Source of the DNA: Actinomycetota bacterium | Lineage (GTDB): Bacteria > Actinomycetota > Acidimicrobiia > Acidimicrobiales > Ilumatobacteraceae | Assembly: GCA_009705865.1 (NCBI GenBank) | Contig: WLSJ01000001.1 | Coordinates: 1 to 46,572, forward strand | DNA length: 46,572 nt | Direction: 5' to 3' | Shown here: positions 18,337-28,148 of the stretch, piece by piece | Layout: each line of letters begins with the position of its first letter | How positions within the stretch are numbered: position 1 is the first letter of the stretch | The notes under the pieces: generated by a model | The model's input: only the letters and a program-made list of their open reading frames with translations | What the model was told of the DNA's origin: nothing | Database searches by the model: none | Position numbers and translations under genes: made by a program

Positions 18337-20097
18337 GTGCTGAAGAAAATCCTTATCGCCAATCGCGGCGAAATCGCCGTCCGTGTTATCCGAGCTGCCC
18401 GAGAGATGGGAATCGCTACTGTGGCGGTCTATTCCGAGCTCGACCGCAATGCCTTGCACGTGCGCCTAGCCGACGAGGCATACGCACTTGGCGGCCAGAC
18501 AGCAGCCGAGAGCTACCTCAATACAGAGGCCATTCTGAAGGCAATCACGGACAGTGGCGCTGACGCAGTTCACCCCGGATACGGATTCTTTTCTGAGAAC
18601 CCCGACTTTGCTCGCGCCATCACAGCCATGGGCGTTGCATTCATCGGGCCTCCACCAGAAGCCATCGACGAAATGGGTGACAAAGTCTCGAGCCGCAAAG
18701 CAGCACTTCGCGGTGGAGCACCCATTGTTCCTGGCACAACAGAATTTGTTACATCAGCAAAAGAAATTACTGACTTCGGAAATGAACACGGTTGGCCACT
18801 AGCAATTAAAGCTGCATTCGGTGGCGGTGGACGAGGCATGAAAGTGGTGCAGTCAGCAGACGAAGTGCAGGCAGCCATGGATTCAGCACAGCGCGAGGCA
18901 AAGAGTTTCTTTGGACGCGATGAGATTTACATCGAGCGCTACCTCACATGGCCACGCCACATTGAAGTACAACTCGTTGGTGACCAACACGGAAACGTGG
19001 TGTGGATCTCAACGCGTGACTGCTCGGCTCAGCGTCGTCACCAAAAACTCATTGAAGAAGCACCGGCACCTGGCCTTCCTGCTGGCGTCGAAGAAGCAAT
19101 GGGTGCTGCAGCAGTAAAAGCTGCAAAAGCTGTTGGCTACTACAACGCCGGAACCGTGGAATTCATTTTCCAAGACGGAGATTTCTTCTTTCTTGAGATG
19201 AATACTCGCTTGCAAGTTGAGCACCCTGTTACAGAAGTCATCACTGGCATCGATCTTGTTGAATGGCAAATTCGCGTTGCATCTGGTGAGAAATTGCCAA
19301 TGACACAAAAAGAAGTTCTTGCTGCACGTCGCGGACACGCAATTGAAATTCGTATTAACGCTGAAAACCCAGCAGGCGGAAAGTTTCTTCCCTCTCCTGG
19401 CCCCATCACAAAGCTTGTTGCACCAGATGGCTTCGGCGTGCGCTTTGACGCAGGGTATGAATCAGGCGATGAAATCAGCCAGTACTACGACAACCTCGTT
19501 GGAAAAGTCATTGTGTGGGGACGCGATCGCGATGTTGCAATTGCCCGCGCCGTTCGCGCACTCAAAGAAATGGTTGTGGAAGGAATTGCCACCACCATTC
19601 CTGCTGATATCGCAATTCTTGAACACCCCGACTTTGCGGCTGTTACTCACTCAACAAAGTGGGTAGAAGAAGTTCTCGACCTGTCACACATTGGAACTGC
19701 GCCAATTACTCCTGCCGGAGACGACAACGAACCTCTCGTTCAGCGCACCACCACTGTTGAAGTCAATGGTCGCCGCTTCGATGTGAAGTTGTGGGTTCCT
19801 GAATCTGCTGGCGTTGCGACGTCAAGCGCCAAGGCCAAGAAGCCAACACGCAGCGCTGCTGCTTCAGCCGGAGCAGGTGGAGGTAGCGGCAAAGTTTCTG
19901 TCCCAATGCAAGGAACCATCGTAAAAATTCTTGTTGAAGTTGGTCAGACCGTTGAAGCTGGCCAAAGCGTTGTCGTCTTGGAAGCCATGAAGATGGAAAA
20001 CCAGATCGAAGCAGACAAGTCTGGCGTTGTGAAGGCAATCAATGTCAAGACCGGCGACACAGTCGGTGCTGGCGACGTTGTTGTAGTTATCGAATAG
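18337..20097 (+). CDS. accA: acetyl/propionyl-CoA carboxylase alpha subunit (biotin carboxylase + BCCP)
   Basis: From GTG 18337 the product begins VLKKILIANRGEIAVRVIRAAREMGI, followed by an ATP-grasp core. The C-terminal biotinyl domain carries EAMKMEN. The 84 codons upstream in the ORF track are antisense to birA. Confidence 0.9.
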   Translation: MLKKILIANRGEIAVRVIRAAREMGIATVAVYSELDRNALHVRLADEAYALGGQTAAESYLNTEAILKAITDSGADAVHPGYGFFSENPDFARAITAMGVAFIGPPPEAIDEMGDKVSSRKAALRGGAPIVPGTTEFVTSAKEITDFGNEHGWPLAIKAAFGGGGRGMKVVQSADEVQAAMDSAQREAKSFFGRDEIYIERYLTWPRHIEVQLVGDQHGNVVWISTRDCSAQRRHQKLIEEAPAPGLPAGVEEAMGAAAVKAAKAVGYYNAGTVEFIFQDGDFFFLEMNTRLQVEHPVTEVITGIDLVEWQIRVASGEKLPMTQKEVLAARRGHAIEIRINAENPAGGKFLPSPGPITKLVAPDGFGVRFDAGYESGDEISQYYDNLVGKVIVWGRDRDVAIARAVRALKEMVVEGIATTIPADIAILEHPDFAAVTHSTKWVEEVLDLSHIGTAPITPAGDDNEPLVQRTTTVEVNGRRFDVKLWVPESAGVATSSAKAKKPTRSAAASAGAGGGSGKVSVPMQGTIVKILVEVGQTVEAGQSVVVLEAMKMENQIEADKSGVVKAINVKTGDTVGAGDVVVVIE

Positions 20098-21465
20098 CTA
20101 TTCGGCTGCGTCAGCTAAAGCTTCGGCCAAAGCCGGATGCACCAATAACGATTCTTCAATATCGGTGACTTTTAGGTTGGCTGTTACTGCAAGTGCAATA
20201 ACGCTGATCAATTCTGCTGCGTGACGACCCACGATGGAGCCACCCAATACTTCACCGGTAGCCGGATCACTGATGATCTTGACAAAGCCACGAGAATCAT
20301 TGTTAATGAGCGCCTTAGCTGTGGTTGAGAACGGAACTTTCGTGACACGGATTTTTCTACCCGATGCAAATGCATCTGCTTCAGCAAGTCCTACATCAGC
20401 AATTTCTGGTTCAGTAAATATCGCAGATGCTGCTTTGTCGTAATCAAGATGGCGATGAGGTCCTTTGGGGCCGCCCACTACTTGTTCGGCAACCTTGCGA
20501 CCTTGCATGGAAGCCACTGATGAAAGTGGAAGCTTTCCACTGACATCACCAGCTGCATAAATGTGTTCAATATTGCTTTGACAATGACGGTTGATCGGTA
20601 TGTAGCCACCATCAGTGACCACGCCCACTTCTTCAAGACCAAGACCTTCAGTGTTCGGAAGAGAACCGATGGCGAGAACGACATGCGTAGTTTCAGACAC
20701 TCGCCCATCATCACAAACAACCCGAACACCGTCTGCAGTTACTTCCACTGAGGTAGCGCGAGCACCTTTGAACAAACGCAAGCCGCGACTTAAGAACGAT
20801 TCTTCGAGAACAGCGGCAACTTCTGGGTCTTTGCCGGGCAGAACTTGTTGACGACTAACAACAAGCGTCACCTTCGACCCGAATGAAGCAAACATGTGAG
20901 CAAATTCAACTCCGGTAACACCAGATCCGATAATTGTGACGCTCTCAGGGAAAATGCGAGGAGGATAACAATCACGTGTTGTGAGAATTCGATTTCCGTC
21001 TGGTGTCACGAAATTCGGAATACGTGGTCGTGAACCAGTCGAGATCAGAATGTCACTGGCTTCAAGAACATGTGTCGTGCCATCGGCTGCATCAACATGA
21101 ACCGTGTGGGCAGAGGCAAGCCGCGCAGTACCAATAATGATGTTGACTCCTTGACTCTCAAGCAAAGTGTGCACATCATTTGATAGTCGAGTCTTGATGC
21201 TCTCAATTCGGGCAGTAAGGGCAGCGACATCAACCTGAGCGGAGCGATCTTCTAGACCCATACCTGACAGGTTGTCCGTAAAGCTCATTGCCCCACCTGT
21301 TGCAATCATGGCTTTCGATGGCACGCAATCGAGAAGGTGCGCAGCACCTCCCAAAATTTCACGCTCAATCAGAGTGACTGCAACACCACGTCTGGCAGCG
21401 GCGGATGCGGCAGAATGACCCGCTGGTCCGCCACCGATGATGACTAATTGTTTGTCGACGTTCAC
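20098..21465 (-). CDS. pyridine nucleotide-disulfide oxidoreductase, LpdA-like NAD(P)H dehydrogenase
   Basis: It has the FAD motif IIGGGPAGHSAA, an NAD motif IIGSGVTGVEFA and a dimerisation domain. Only one Cys is present (HLLDCVPSK) where true lipoamide dehydrogenases have CxxxxC. The GTG start overlaps the upstream stop (GTGA). Confidence 0.75.
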   Translation of the reverse strand: MNVDKQLVIIGGGPAGHSAASAAARRGVAVTLIEREILGGAAHLLDCVPSKAMIATGGAMSFTDNLSGMGLEDRSAQVDVAALTARIESIKTRLSNDVHTLLESQGVNIIIGTARLASAHTVHVDAADGTTHVLEASDILISTGSRPRIPNFVTPDGNRILTTRDCYPPRIFPESVTIIGSGVTGVEFAHMFASFGSKVTLVVSRQQVLPGKDPEVAAVLEESFLSRGLRLFKGARATSVEVTADGVRVVCDDGRVSETTHVVLAIGSLPNTEGLGLEEVGVVTDGGYIPINRHCQSNIEHIYAAGDVSGKLPLSSVASMQGRKVAEQVVGGPKGPHRHLDYDKAASAIFTEPEIADVGLAEADAFASGRKIRVTKVPFSTTAKALINNDSRGFVKIISDPATGEVLGGSIVGRHAAELISVIALAVTANLKVTDIEESLLVHPALAEALADAAE

Positions 21466-22745
21466 TCTTGCGAGACTATCGGCGTTGTCGTTGTGGTGGC
21501 GGGAGCATTAGTAAACCTAGGGACAACAGGGACGACAGCCGGTACAAGGTTCGGACAATACTTTGACGGAAATCCGATCCTGTCTCGGCGCTCCCCCACA
21601 TATTCAAAGTGCATTCCATCTGCCCATGGGAAGTTCCCACCCCACGCAAATCCCCATTTACGGAAGATCCGAACGACAGAACAATTCATCTGAGGGACAC
21701 GTCCCTGTGCGTTGGCGGTCGTGTTGATGTCAAAAGCCATTCCCCATGCATGGCGTGCAGGCGATCCGAATACACCGCCTCGACGGTTATAGCGAGCAAC
21801 AAAACACCCGCCGTAACTATTGGAATTAACAAGATCAATAGAGCCAGCTAGGCCTGCCTTACTTATTTCACTTAATGCACTTTGAAGAGCAGGTACAACA
21901 GTTTTGTGGCAGTTGTTATGCAGACCAATGTCTGAATACCGCTTGTTCCACACAATGTTTTTATTCACCCACGTTGAAGAGATCTGAATTCCAGCACCAG
22001 TTGTGGGCCGATACGAGAACTCTCCCAGTAAAGACTTAGCTTTTGCGGTACCAAGTTGAGCATCCGGGTCTGGCGTATCCCATGAGTATCGAACTCGATA
22101 TGTGGAACTCTTTCCAATGCCTTGTGCCAGCAATGCCCTCGTCACAACTGATAATGACGTCATCCCTGTCAGCATCACGGTAGTGACCGACATCGTGCCT
22201 AAGACCCTGGCCGACACATCAGACATTGTGATGTCACCTTCGTCTACAAAAGAATCAGGCACGATCGCCCCCACCACGAATTCATGTGGGGAAAACTTCG
22301 AATCCCTCAATGTGATTACATCTCCGATGTGTGCTGAACGAACACGCGCAGCAGTCTCACCCATCAACACTTCACCGCGATTAAGAGGTTCTGCCATTGC
22401 AGGTCCACCAATGGCTGATATCAGAGATACTGGCGCCACCATCGTGGCAAACGGAATTCGCCACTTGTTTTTCAGCCGTAGTAAATCTTTGCCATCACGA
22501 GTATGTGCAGTCAACGGGACAAACGGAAAATTGAGGACTGCGATAGTGGCACCAGACGCGCGGGCTGCCTTTGCTACCAGACCAACTTGATGACGAGACA
22601 TTGACGACACCGAGACAGAAATCACTGGGGTGAGAAACGTATTCGGAAATGGGCTGACCGCTTCAGCTCGCAGTACTGGCGTACTGGTAGAGAAAAGTGC
22701 AAGTCCAAGCCCCATCACCCCCAACAGAGATAGCCACCGACGCAC
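21462..22745 (-). CDS. secreted M15-family metallopeptidase (D-Ala-D-Ala carboxypeptidase / VanY-like C-terminal domain)
   Basis: Signal peptide MRRWLSLLGVMGLGLALFSTSTPVLRAEA. The C-terminal motifs are SPARHAWGMAFDIN and ADGMHFEY. The roughly 280-aa N-terminal region is unassigned. Confidence 0.8.
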   Translation of the reverse strand: MRRWLSLLGVMGLGLALFSTSTPVLRAEAVSPFPNTFLTPVISVSVSSMSRHQVGLVAKAARASGATIAVLNFPFVPLTAHTRDGKDLLRLKNKWRIPFATMVAPVSLISAIGGPAMAEPLNRGEVLMGETAARVRSAHIGDVITLRDSKFSPHEFVVGAIVPDSFVDEGDITMSDVSARVLGTMSVTTVMLTGMTSLSVVTRALLAQGIGKSSTYRVRYSWDTPDPDAQLGTAKAKSLLGEFSYRPTTGAGIQISSTWVNKNIVWNKRYSDIGLHNNCHKTVVPALQSALSEISKAGLAGSIDLVNSNSYGGCFVARYNRRGGVFGSPARHAWGMAFDINTTANAQGRVPQMNCSVVRIFRKWGFAWGGNFPWADGMHFEYVGERRDRIGFPSKYCPNLVPAVVPVVPRFTNAPATTTTTPIVSQE

Positions 22746-22766
22746 CTATTTCACCGTAGTTGATGA

Positions 22767-24317
22767 ATGGCTTCCCCTTTAGGTAGTTGCGCGAACTACC
22801 GTAGAGAACCTGTGAGTGATGAAATTGACGATCTAGGAACGAATGGCCTCGAGCTAGAAAAAGCACGCCGCCTTGGCTCGCTTGATGCACTACGCGCAGA
22901 GGGCACAAATCCGTACCCATACCGCTTTGATCGGTCTCACACACTTGGTGAGATTCGCAACGAATTTGGTGTTCTTGAAGCAGGAACTGAAACAGAAACC
23001 CACGTCACAGTCGCTGGACGAATCCTGCTCAAGCGAGATCAAGGCAAACTTATTTTTGCCACATTGCAAGATCGCGAAACGTCCATTCAATTGTTCGTAT
23101 CAAAAGCAATCGTCGGCGATGGCGCATTTGATGCCATCAACAATTTGGACCTCGGAGACTGGGTCGGCGCAACAGGCATAGTGATGACCACACGCAAAGG
23201 AGAACTATCAATCAAGGTTGATTCAGTGGTTCTACTTTCAAAAGCTGTTCGCCCACTGCCAGACAAATGGCACGGTCTCACTGATACAGACACTCGCTAT
23301 CGCCAGCGCTATGCAGACCTCATCGGCAATGAAGAATCGCGTCGCATGTTTGCTGTTCGCCATGCAGTCATTGCCAGCTTTCGTCGCACATTGCACGAAC
23401 GCGGTTTTATCGAAGTTGAAACTCCGGTACTGCATGTGGAACCAGGCGGCGCACATGCACGACCTTTCGTTACCCATCACAACGCGCTCGACATGACCTT
23501 GTACCTGCGCATCGCGCTTGAGTTGCATTTGAAGAGGCTCATCGTCGGCGGCATGGAACGTGTTTTTGAAATTGGTCGCGTTTTCCGTAACGAAGGAATC
23601 TCTACACGTCACAACCCAGAATTTACGATGATGGAGCTGTACCAAGCATTTGCTGACTACACCGACATCATGGATCTCACTGAAGTGTTGTTTGTCAATG
23701 CAGCAAACGATGCCACTGGTTCATCCACAGTTTTGATTGATGACATCCCCGTTGATCTTGCAAAGCCTTGGCGACGGGTTCGCATGATTGACCTTGTAAA
23801 AGAAGCAACGGGTGTTGAAGTGCATCCGTCGCAACCACGCGAGCAATTAGTAGCTCTTGCCGAAAAACACGGCGTGAAGGTGTTGCCACATTTCGGTTCT
23901 GGAAAAATCATTGAAGAACTCTTTGAAGCAACGTGTGAAGCAGCTCTTCGTGAACCGACTTTTGTTACAGGTCATCCGGTTGAGATCAGCCCACTTGCTC
24001 GTGTTGACCGCAATGATCCGCATCTCACAGAACGATTCGAACTATTTGTTGGCGGACGCGAATTAGCCAATGCATATTCAGAACTCAATGACCCAGTGGA
24101 ACAACGCCTGCGTTTTGAAGACGAACAGAAGTCCAAAGAAGCAGGCAATGCTGAAGCCGGCACTGTTGATGAAGACTTCTTGCGCGCCATGGAATACGGA
24201 ATGCCGCCAACTGGTGGCCTTGGTATCGGCATGGACCGCCTAGTCATGCTGATTGGCAATGCTCAATCAATTCGTGACGTCATCTTGTTCCCCACACTTC
24301 GCCTGGAGGCTTTCTAA
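22767..24317 (+). CDS. lysS: lysine--tRNA ligase (class II)
   Basis: It has an OB anticodon-binding region and class II motifs (FRNEGIS..RHNPEFTMME, GGLGIGMDRLVM). ATG 22767 and the in-frame GTG 22812 are both possible starts. Confidence 0.9.
   Translation: MASPLGSCANYRREPVSDEIDDLGTNGLELEKARRLGSLDALRAEGTNPYPYRFDRSHTLGEIRNEFGVLEAGTETETHVTVAGRILLKRDQGKLIFATLQDRETSIQLFVSKAIVGDGAFDAINNLDLGDWVGATGIVMTTRKGELSIKVDSVVLLSKAVRPLPDKWHGLTDTDTRYRQRYADLIGNEESRRMFAVRHAVIASFRRTLHERGFIEVETPVLHVEPGGAHARPFVTHHNALDMTLYLRIALELHLKRLIVGGMERVFEIGRVFRNEGISTRHNPEFTMMELYQAFADYTDIMDLTEVLFVNAANDATGSSTVLIDDIPVDLAKPWRRVRMIDLVKEATGVEVHPSQPREQLVALAEKHGVKVLPHFGSGKIIEELFEATCEAALREPTFVTGHPVEISPLARVDRNDPHLTERFELFVGGRELANAYSELNDPVEQRLRFEDEQKSKEAGNAEAGTVDEDFLRAMEYGMPPTGGLGIGMDRLVMLIGNAQSIRDVILFPTLRLEAF
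24305..24309 (+). promoter_or_regulatory. Shine-Dalgarno GGAGG for dapD, embedded in the lysS 3' end
   Basis: GGAGG lies 7 nt upstream of ATG 24317. The lysS stop and dapD start share TAATG (24315-24319). Confidence 0.6.
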
Positions 24318-25237
24318 TGTCAGACATCGCATGGGGTGTTGGTATCGCAACACTCGATTCTCACGGAGCAACGCTCGATGTACGTTTTCGTACGGTCGGA
24401 CTTGGGAAATTCTCCCCTGCCGACGCTCCAACATTTCAACCAAGTGTTGATTCAGATCGTGATCGTGGCGTGACATTCGAATCTGTCACCGTAGAAATAG
24501 ATACCTCCGTTGCACCAGCAAGTGCGAAAGACGTCTACTTGCGTCTCAATTTGTTGTCTCAACGCTTTATGAAGCCTCGCACCATCAACCTTGACGGTGC
24601 ATTTGGGTTGCTACAAAACGTGGCATGGACCTCGCGTGGACCTGTTGCTATTGAAGCCCTTGAATCAGTGACATGGAATCTTGCACAACGTGGCGAGCAT
24701 CTTGTGGTGCATGGTGTTGACAAATTCCCACGCATGACTGATTACGTGGTCCCCTCGGGTGTCCGCATTGCAGACGCAAGTCGCGTACGACTCGGCGCTC
24801 ATCTTGCACCTGGCACCACGGTGATGCACGAAGGTTTCTGCAATTTCAATGCAGGAACATTGGGCGCCTCAATGGTGGAAGGTCGTATCTCAGCCGGCGT
24901 CATCGTGGGTGATGGTTCAGATATTGGTGGTGGCGCATCCATCATGGGAACACTGTCTGGCGGCGGAAAAGAAATGGTCACCATTGGCGAACGTTGCCTT
25001 CTTGGCGCAAACGCTGGTATCGGAATCAGTCTTGGCGACGATTGCATCGTGGAAGCTGGCCTGTATGTCACTGCGGGCACCGTTGTTATTGACCCATCGG
25101 GCACAAACGTAAAGGCCAAACTTCTGTCGGGACAGTCAAACTTATTGTTCCGCCGTAACTCATTGTCGGGCGCTGTTGAGGTCATCTCACGCTCTGGTTC
25201 GTGGGGCGGCCTGAACGCCGACCTACACAAGAACTAA
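24317..25237 (+). CDS. dapD: 2,3,4,5-tetrahydropyridine-2,6-dicarboxylate N-succinyltransferase (actinobacterial long form)
   Basis: It has left-handed beta-helix hexapeptide repeats (GVRIADASRVRLGAHLAPGTTVMHEGFCNFNAGTLGASMVEGRISAGVIVGDGSDIGGGASIMGTLSGGG), collinear with mycobacterial DapD as I recall it. Confidence 0.85.
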   Translation: MSDIAWGVGIATLDSHGATLDVRFRTVGLGKFSPADAPTFQPSVDSDRDRGVTFESVTVEIDTSVAPASAKDVYLRLNLLSQRFMKPRTINLDGAFGLLQNVAWTSRGPVAIEALESVTWNLAQRGEHLVVHGVDKFPRMTDYVVPSGVRIADASRVRLGAHLAPGTTVMHEGFCNFNAGTLGASMVEGRISAGVIVGDGSDIGGGASIMGTLSGGGKEMVTIGERCLLGANAGIGISLGDDCIVEAGLYVTAGTVVIDPSGTNVKAKLLSGQSNLLFRRNSLSGAVEVISRSGSWGGLNADLHKN

Positions 25238-25791
25238 TGACACCAGACGAACTAGAGACACTGATCGCTGCGCGACGCAGCAGCATGTTGATTGATGCAG
25301 CACGACAAGTTGATTCTGCAATTATCGATCGCATTGTTGTAGCAGCTCAATGGGCACCTAACCACAAACGCACATGGCCACTGCGCGTTGCCATAGTGAC
25401 CGGCAATTCACGACGCACCCTTGGCGACACCATCGCAGATGCAATGGCAATTCACGGTGACGATGACATGAAAGTCACAAAGACTCGTGGGAAGTACATG
25501 CGATCACCGGTGGTCATTGTTGTTGCAGCAGCTGAAGGCGAAACAGTGAATGAAACTGAAGAGAACAGGTACGCAGTTGCCGCCGGGGTTCAAAACATGC
25601 TTCTCATGATTGAAACTTTTGGATTAGCTGCGCTGTGGGGTTCTCCCGCCAAAGGCGCAAACACAGCAATTACTTCTCTGTGCTCAATGGACACATCCGA
25701 TCATGTGATGGGCATCATCTACGTTGGCTGGCCATCACAGTCAGTTGCTGCGCCACTTCGACCAGAGATCACAATCACTCACCTCACGTAA
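25237..25791 (+). CDS. nitroreductase-family protein
   Basis: The N-terminus LIAARRSSMLID...AAQWAPNHKRTWP is typical of the nitroreductase fold. I chose ATG 25237, which overlaps the dapD stop (TAATG). Confidence 0.75.
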   Translation: MTPDELETLIAARRSSMLIDAARQVDSAIIDRIVVAAQWAPNHKRTWPLRVAIVTGNSRRTLGDTIADAMAIHGDDDMKVTKTRGKYMRSPVVIVVAAAEGETVNETEENRYAVAAGVQNMLLMIETFGLAALWGSPAKGANTAITSLCSMDTSDHVMGIIYVGWPSQSVAAPLRPEITITHLT

Positions 25792-25818
25792 GCGAACAGA
25801 CACAGTCCGTTACAGAGG

Positions 25819-26505
25819 TCAGAACTTTCTGATGAGGTTTGCGAACCATTCGTCTGGATTATCAATACGACCTCGTAATGAATCCCATGTCCGAGATATT
25901 CCATCGCGACCTCGTTGAGGGTGTGACGCAATGTGGTCTGCGACATCTCGTGCGCGTTGCGCCACATCAGAGTCAGCCACAATCTCTGAGACCAAACCCA
26001 ATTCCGTCAATGAAGCACCGACGATGCGATCGCCGACAAGCACAACACGGTCAGCAACTGCAGGTGAATGCTTCAGATGCAACCATGCCTGACACATCGG
26101 CGCTGCAACACCCATTGCAATTTCGCCCACTTGCAGAAATGAGGTTTCCCCTGCCACCACTACGTTGGCCGCTAACGCCAAAGCAGCTCCGGCATTGATT
26201 GCGTACCGTTCGAGAGCTACAACGATCGGCACGCGACACTGATAGATCGCAGCATGCACTTCCACCCACGCAGTTAACGGCTCATTTTTAAGATCAGCCC
26301 CGGCAACCTTGAGATCAATTCCACTACAGAACGCACCGCCAGAGCCAGACAGCAGAATGCAACCAACATCAGTTGGCACATTGAGAAAAGCATCGCGCAA
26401 TTCAACAGCTAATTGTTGCGTGATTGCATTTTTTCGATCTGGGCGATTCAGAATGATGTCAAGTCGATTACCGACTTGCTGCACAATCACATTCTGCTCG
26501 CTCAT
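25819..26505 (-). CDS. enoyl-CoA hydratase/isomerase (crotonase) family
   Basis: It has the pattern NRPDRKNA...GSGGAFCSGIDL and the crotonase helix pattern. It is short (228 aa). Confidence 0.85.
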   Translation of the reverse strand: MSEQNVIVQQVGNRLDIILNRPDRKNAITQQLAVELRDAFLNVPTDVGCILLSGSGGAFCSGIDLKVAGADLKNEPLTAWVEVHAAIYQCRVPIVVALERYAINAGAALALAANVVVAGETSFLQVGEIAMGVAAPMCQAWLHLKHSPAVADRVVLVGDRIVGASLTELGLVSEIVADSDVAQRARDVADHIASHPQRGRDGISRTWDSLRGRIDNPDEWFANLIRKF

Positions 26506-26513
26506 GGCGAGTA

Positions 26514-28097
26514 CTACCGACCTGGCTTATAGGTGCCGTACACATCGCGAAGAGCATCACTGACTTCACCAAGGGTTGCGTGAGCACGCAACGCCTCTTT
26601 CATCGGAATCAGAATGTTGTCTGTGCCTCGCGCAGCTGCGCGGACTTCTTCAAGAAGTGCTGCCACTTTGGCATGATCGCGGTTTTCTTTGAATTTCTTC
26701 AGACGTGCCAATTGACCAACTGCAAGAGTTGGGTCAATGGGGAACACATTTGGCTCCCCTTCACCCTCAACCGTGAACTTATTAACGCCGACTATGACAC
26801 GCTCATCATCGTCAATTGACTTCGTGTACTCATACGCACTTTGTTCAATTTCGTCCATTTGGAAGCCAGCTTCAATGGCATCAACAGCGCCACCCATTGC
26901 ATCAATGCGCTCGATGTATTCCCACGCAAGACGTTCCACTTCGTCGGTCAATGTCTCCACGAAATACGAACCAGCAAGTGGGTCAGGAGTATCAGCTATT
27001 CCGCTTTCGTATCCAATGACTTGCTGTGTGCGTAATGCGATGCGTGCAGCTGCTTCAGTGGGAAGCCCAAGAGCTTCGTCGTAACCATTCGTATGCAAAC
27101 TTTGCGTACCACCCATCACTGCGGCCATTGATTGCAGTGCGACGCGTACCACGTTGTTCAGTGGTTGTTGCGCAGTCAGCGTGCTTCCGCCTGTTTGTGT
27201 ATGGAAGCGAAGAAGCTTGCTTGCTTCTTTCTTTGCACCAAAACGTTCGGTCATGATCTTGTGCCACATGCGGCGACTGGCGCGGAACTTTGCTACTTCT
27301 TCGAAGAAGTTGTTATGGCCGTTCCAGAAGAATGACAAGCGTGGTGCGAAATCATCAACGTCAAGGCCCGCGTCGACCGCAGCCTGTACGTATGCAATGG
27401 CATTAGCCAAAGTAAATGCTATTTCTTGAACTGCCGAACTTCCGGCTTCACGAATGTGGTACCCAGAGATAGAAATAGTGTTCCACTTCGGAATGTTCTG
27501 TGCGCAATAGGCAAAAATGTCTGTGATGATGCGCATGGAAGGACGTGGTGGGTACACATAAGTACCGCGTGCGATGTATTCCTTCAACAAGTCGTTCTGA
27601 ATAGTTCCGCTAATTGCAGATGACGGAACACCTTGTTCTTCTGCGACCAATTCGTACATCAACAACAAAACTGCAGCGGTTGAGTTAATGGTCATGGAAG
27701 TTGACACTTTGTCGAGAGGAAGATCCTTCAACAACATGCGCATGTCTTCAAGAGTGTCTATGGCAACGCCGACTTTGCCGACCTCACCTTCACTGCGTGC
27801 ATGGTCTGAGTCGTATCCCATTTGTGTCGGCAAGTCGAATGCACATGACAGACCGGTTTGGCCTGCTTCAAGCAAGAACTTGAAGCGCTGGTTTGTTGAT
27901 TCAGCAGAACCGAACCCGGCGTACTGACGCATGGTCCACAATTTGCCTCGATACATCGTTGGGTACACACCACGGGTGTAGGGAGGCGTTCCCGGAAGTC
28001 CCAACTGCGTGGCAGGGTCCCAACCGGCGAGATCGTCGGCCGAATAGAGAGGGGCAATGTCAATGCCAGAGTCAGTGCGCTTTATTTCATCAGCCAT
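26514..28097 (-). CDS. methylmalonyl-CoA mutase family, catalytic (TIM-barrel) subunit without a B12-binding domain
   Basis: The motifs [44 protein letters not shown] and [12 protein letters not shown] are present. The protein ends after the barrel and linker, at about 527 aa from ATG 28097. The track starts at TTG 28106. Confidence 0.9.
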   Translation of the reverse strand: MADEIKRTDSGIDIAPLYSADDLAGWDPATQLGLPGTPPYTRGVYPTMYRGKLWTMRQYAGFGSAESTNQRFKFLLEAGQTGLSCAFDLPTQMGYDSDHARSEGEVGKVGVAIDTLEDMRMLLKDLPLDKVSTSMTINSTAAVLLLMYELVAEEQGVPSSAISGTIQNDLLKEYIARGTYVYPPRPSMRIITDIFAYCAQNIPKWNTISISGYHIREAGSSAVQEIAFTLANAIAYVQAAVDAGLDVDDFAPRLSFFWNGHNNFFEEVAKFRASRRMWHKIMTERFGAKKEASKLLRFHTQTGGSTLTAQQPLNNVVRVALQSMAAVMGGTQSLHTNGYDEALGLPTEAAARIALRTQQVIGYESGIADTPDPLAGSYFVETLTDEVERLAWEYIERIDAMGGAVDAIEAGFQMDEIEQSAYEYTKSIDDDERVIVGVNKFTVEGEGEPNVFPIDPTLAVGQLARLKKFKENRDHAKVAALLEEVRAAARGTDNILIPMKEALRAHATLGEVSDALRDVYGTYKPGR

Positions 28098-28148
28098 GGG
28101 GGTCAATCGTACGAGCCACCACTGCTAGTGGCATATTCCTAGAGATTT

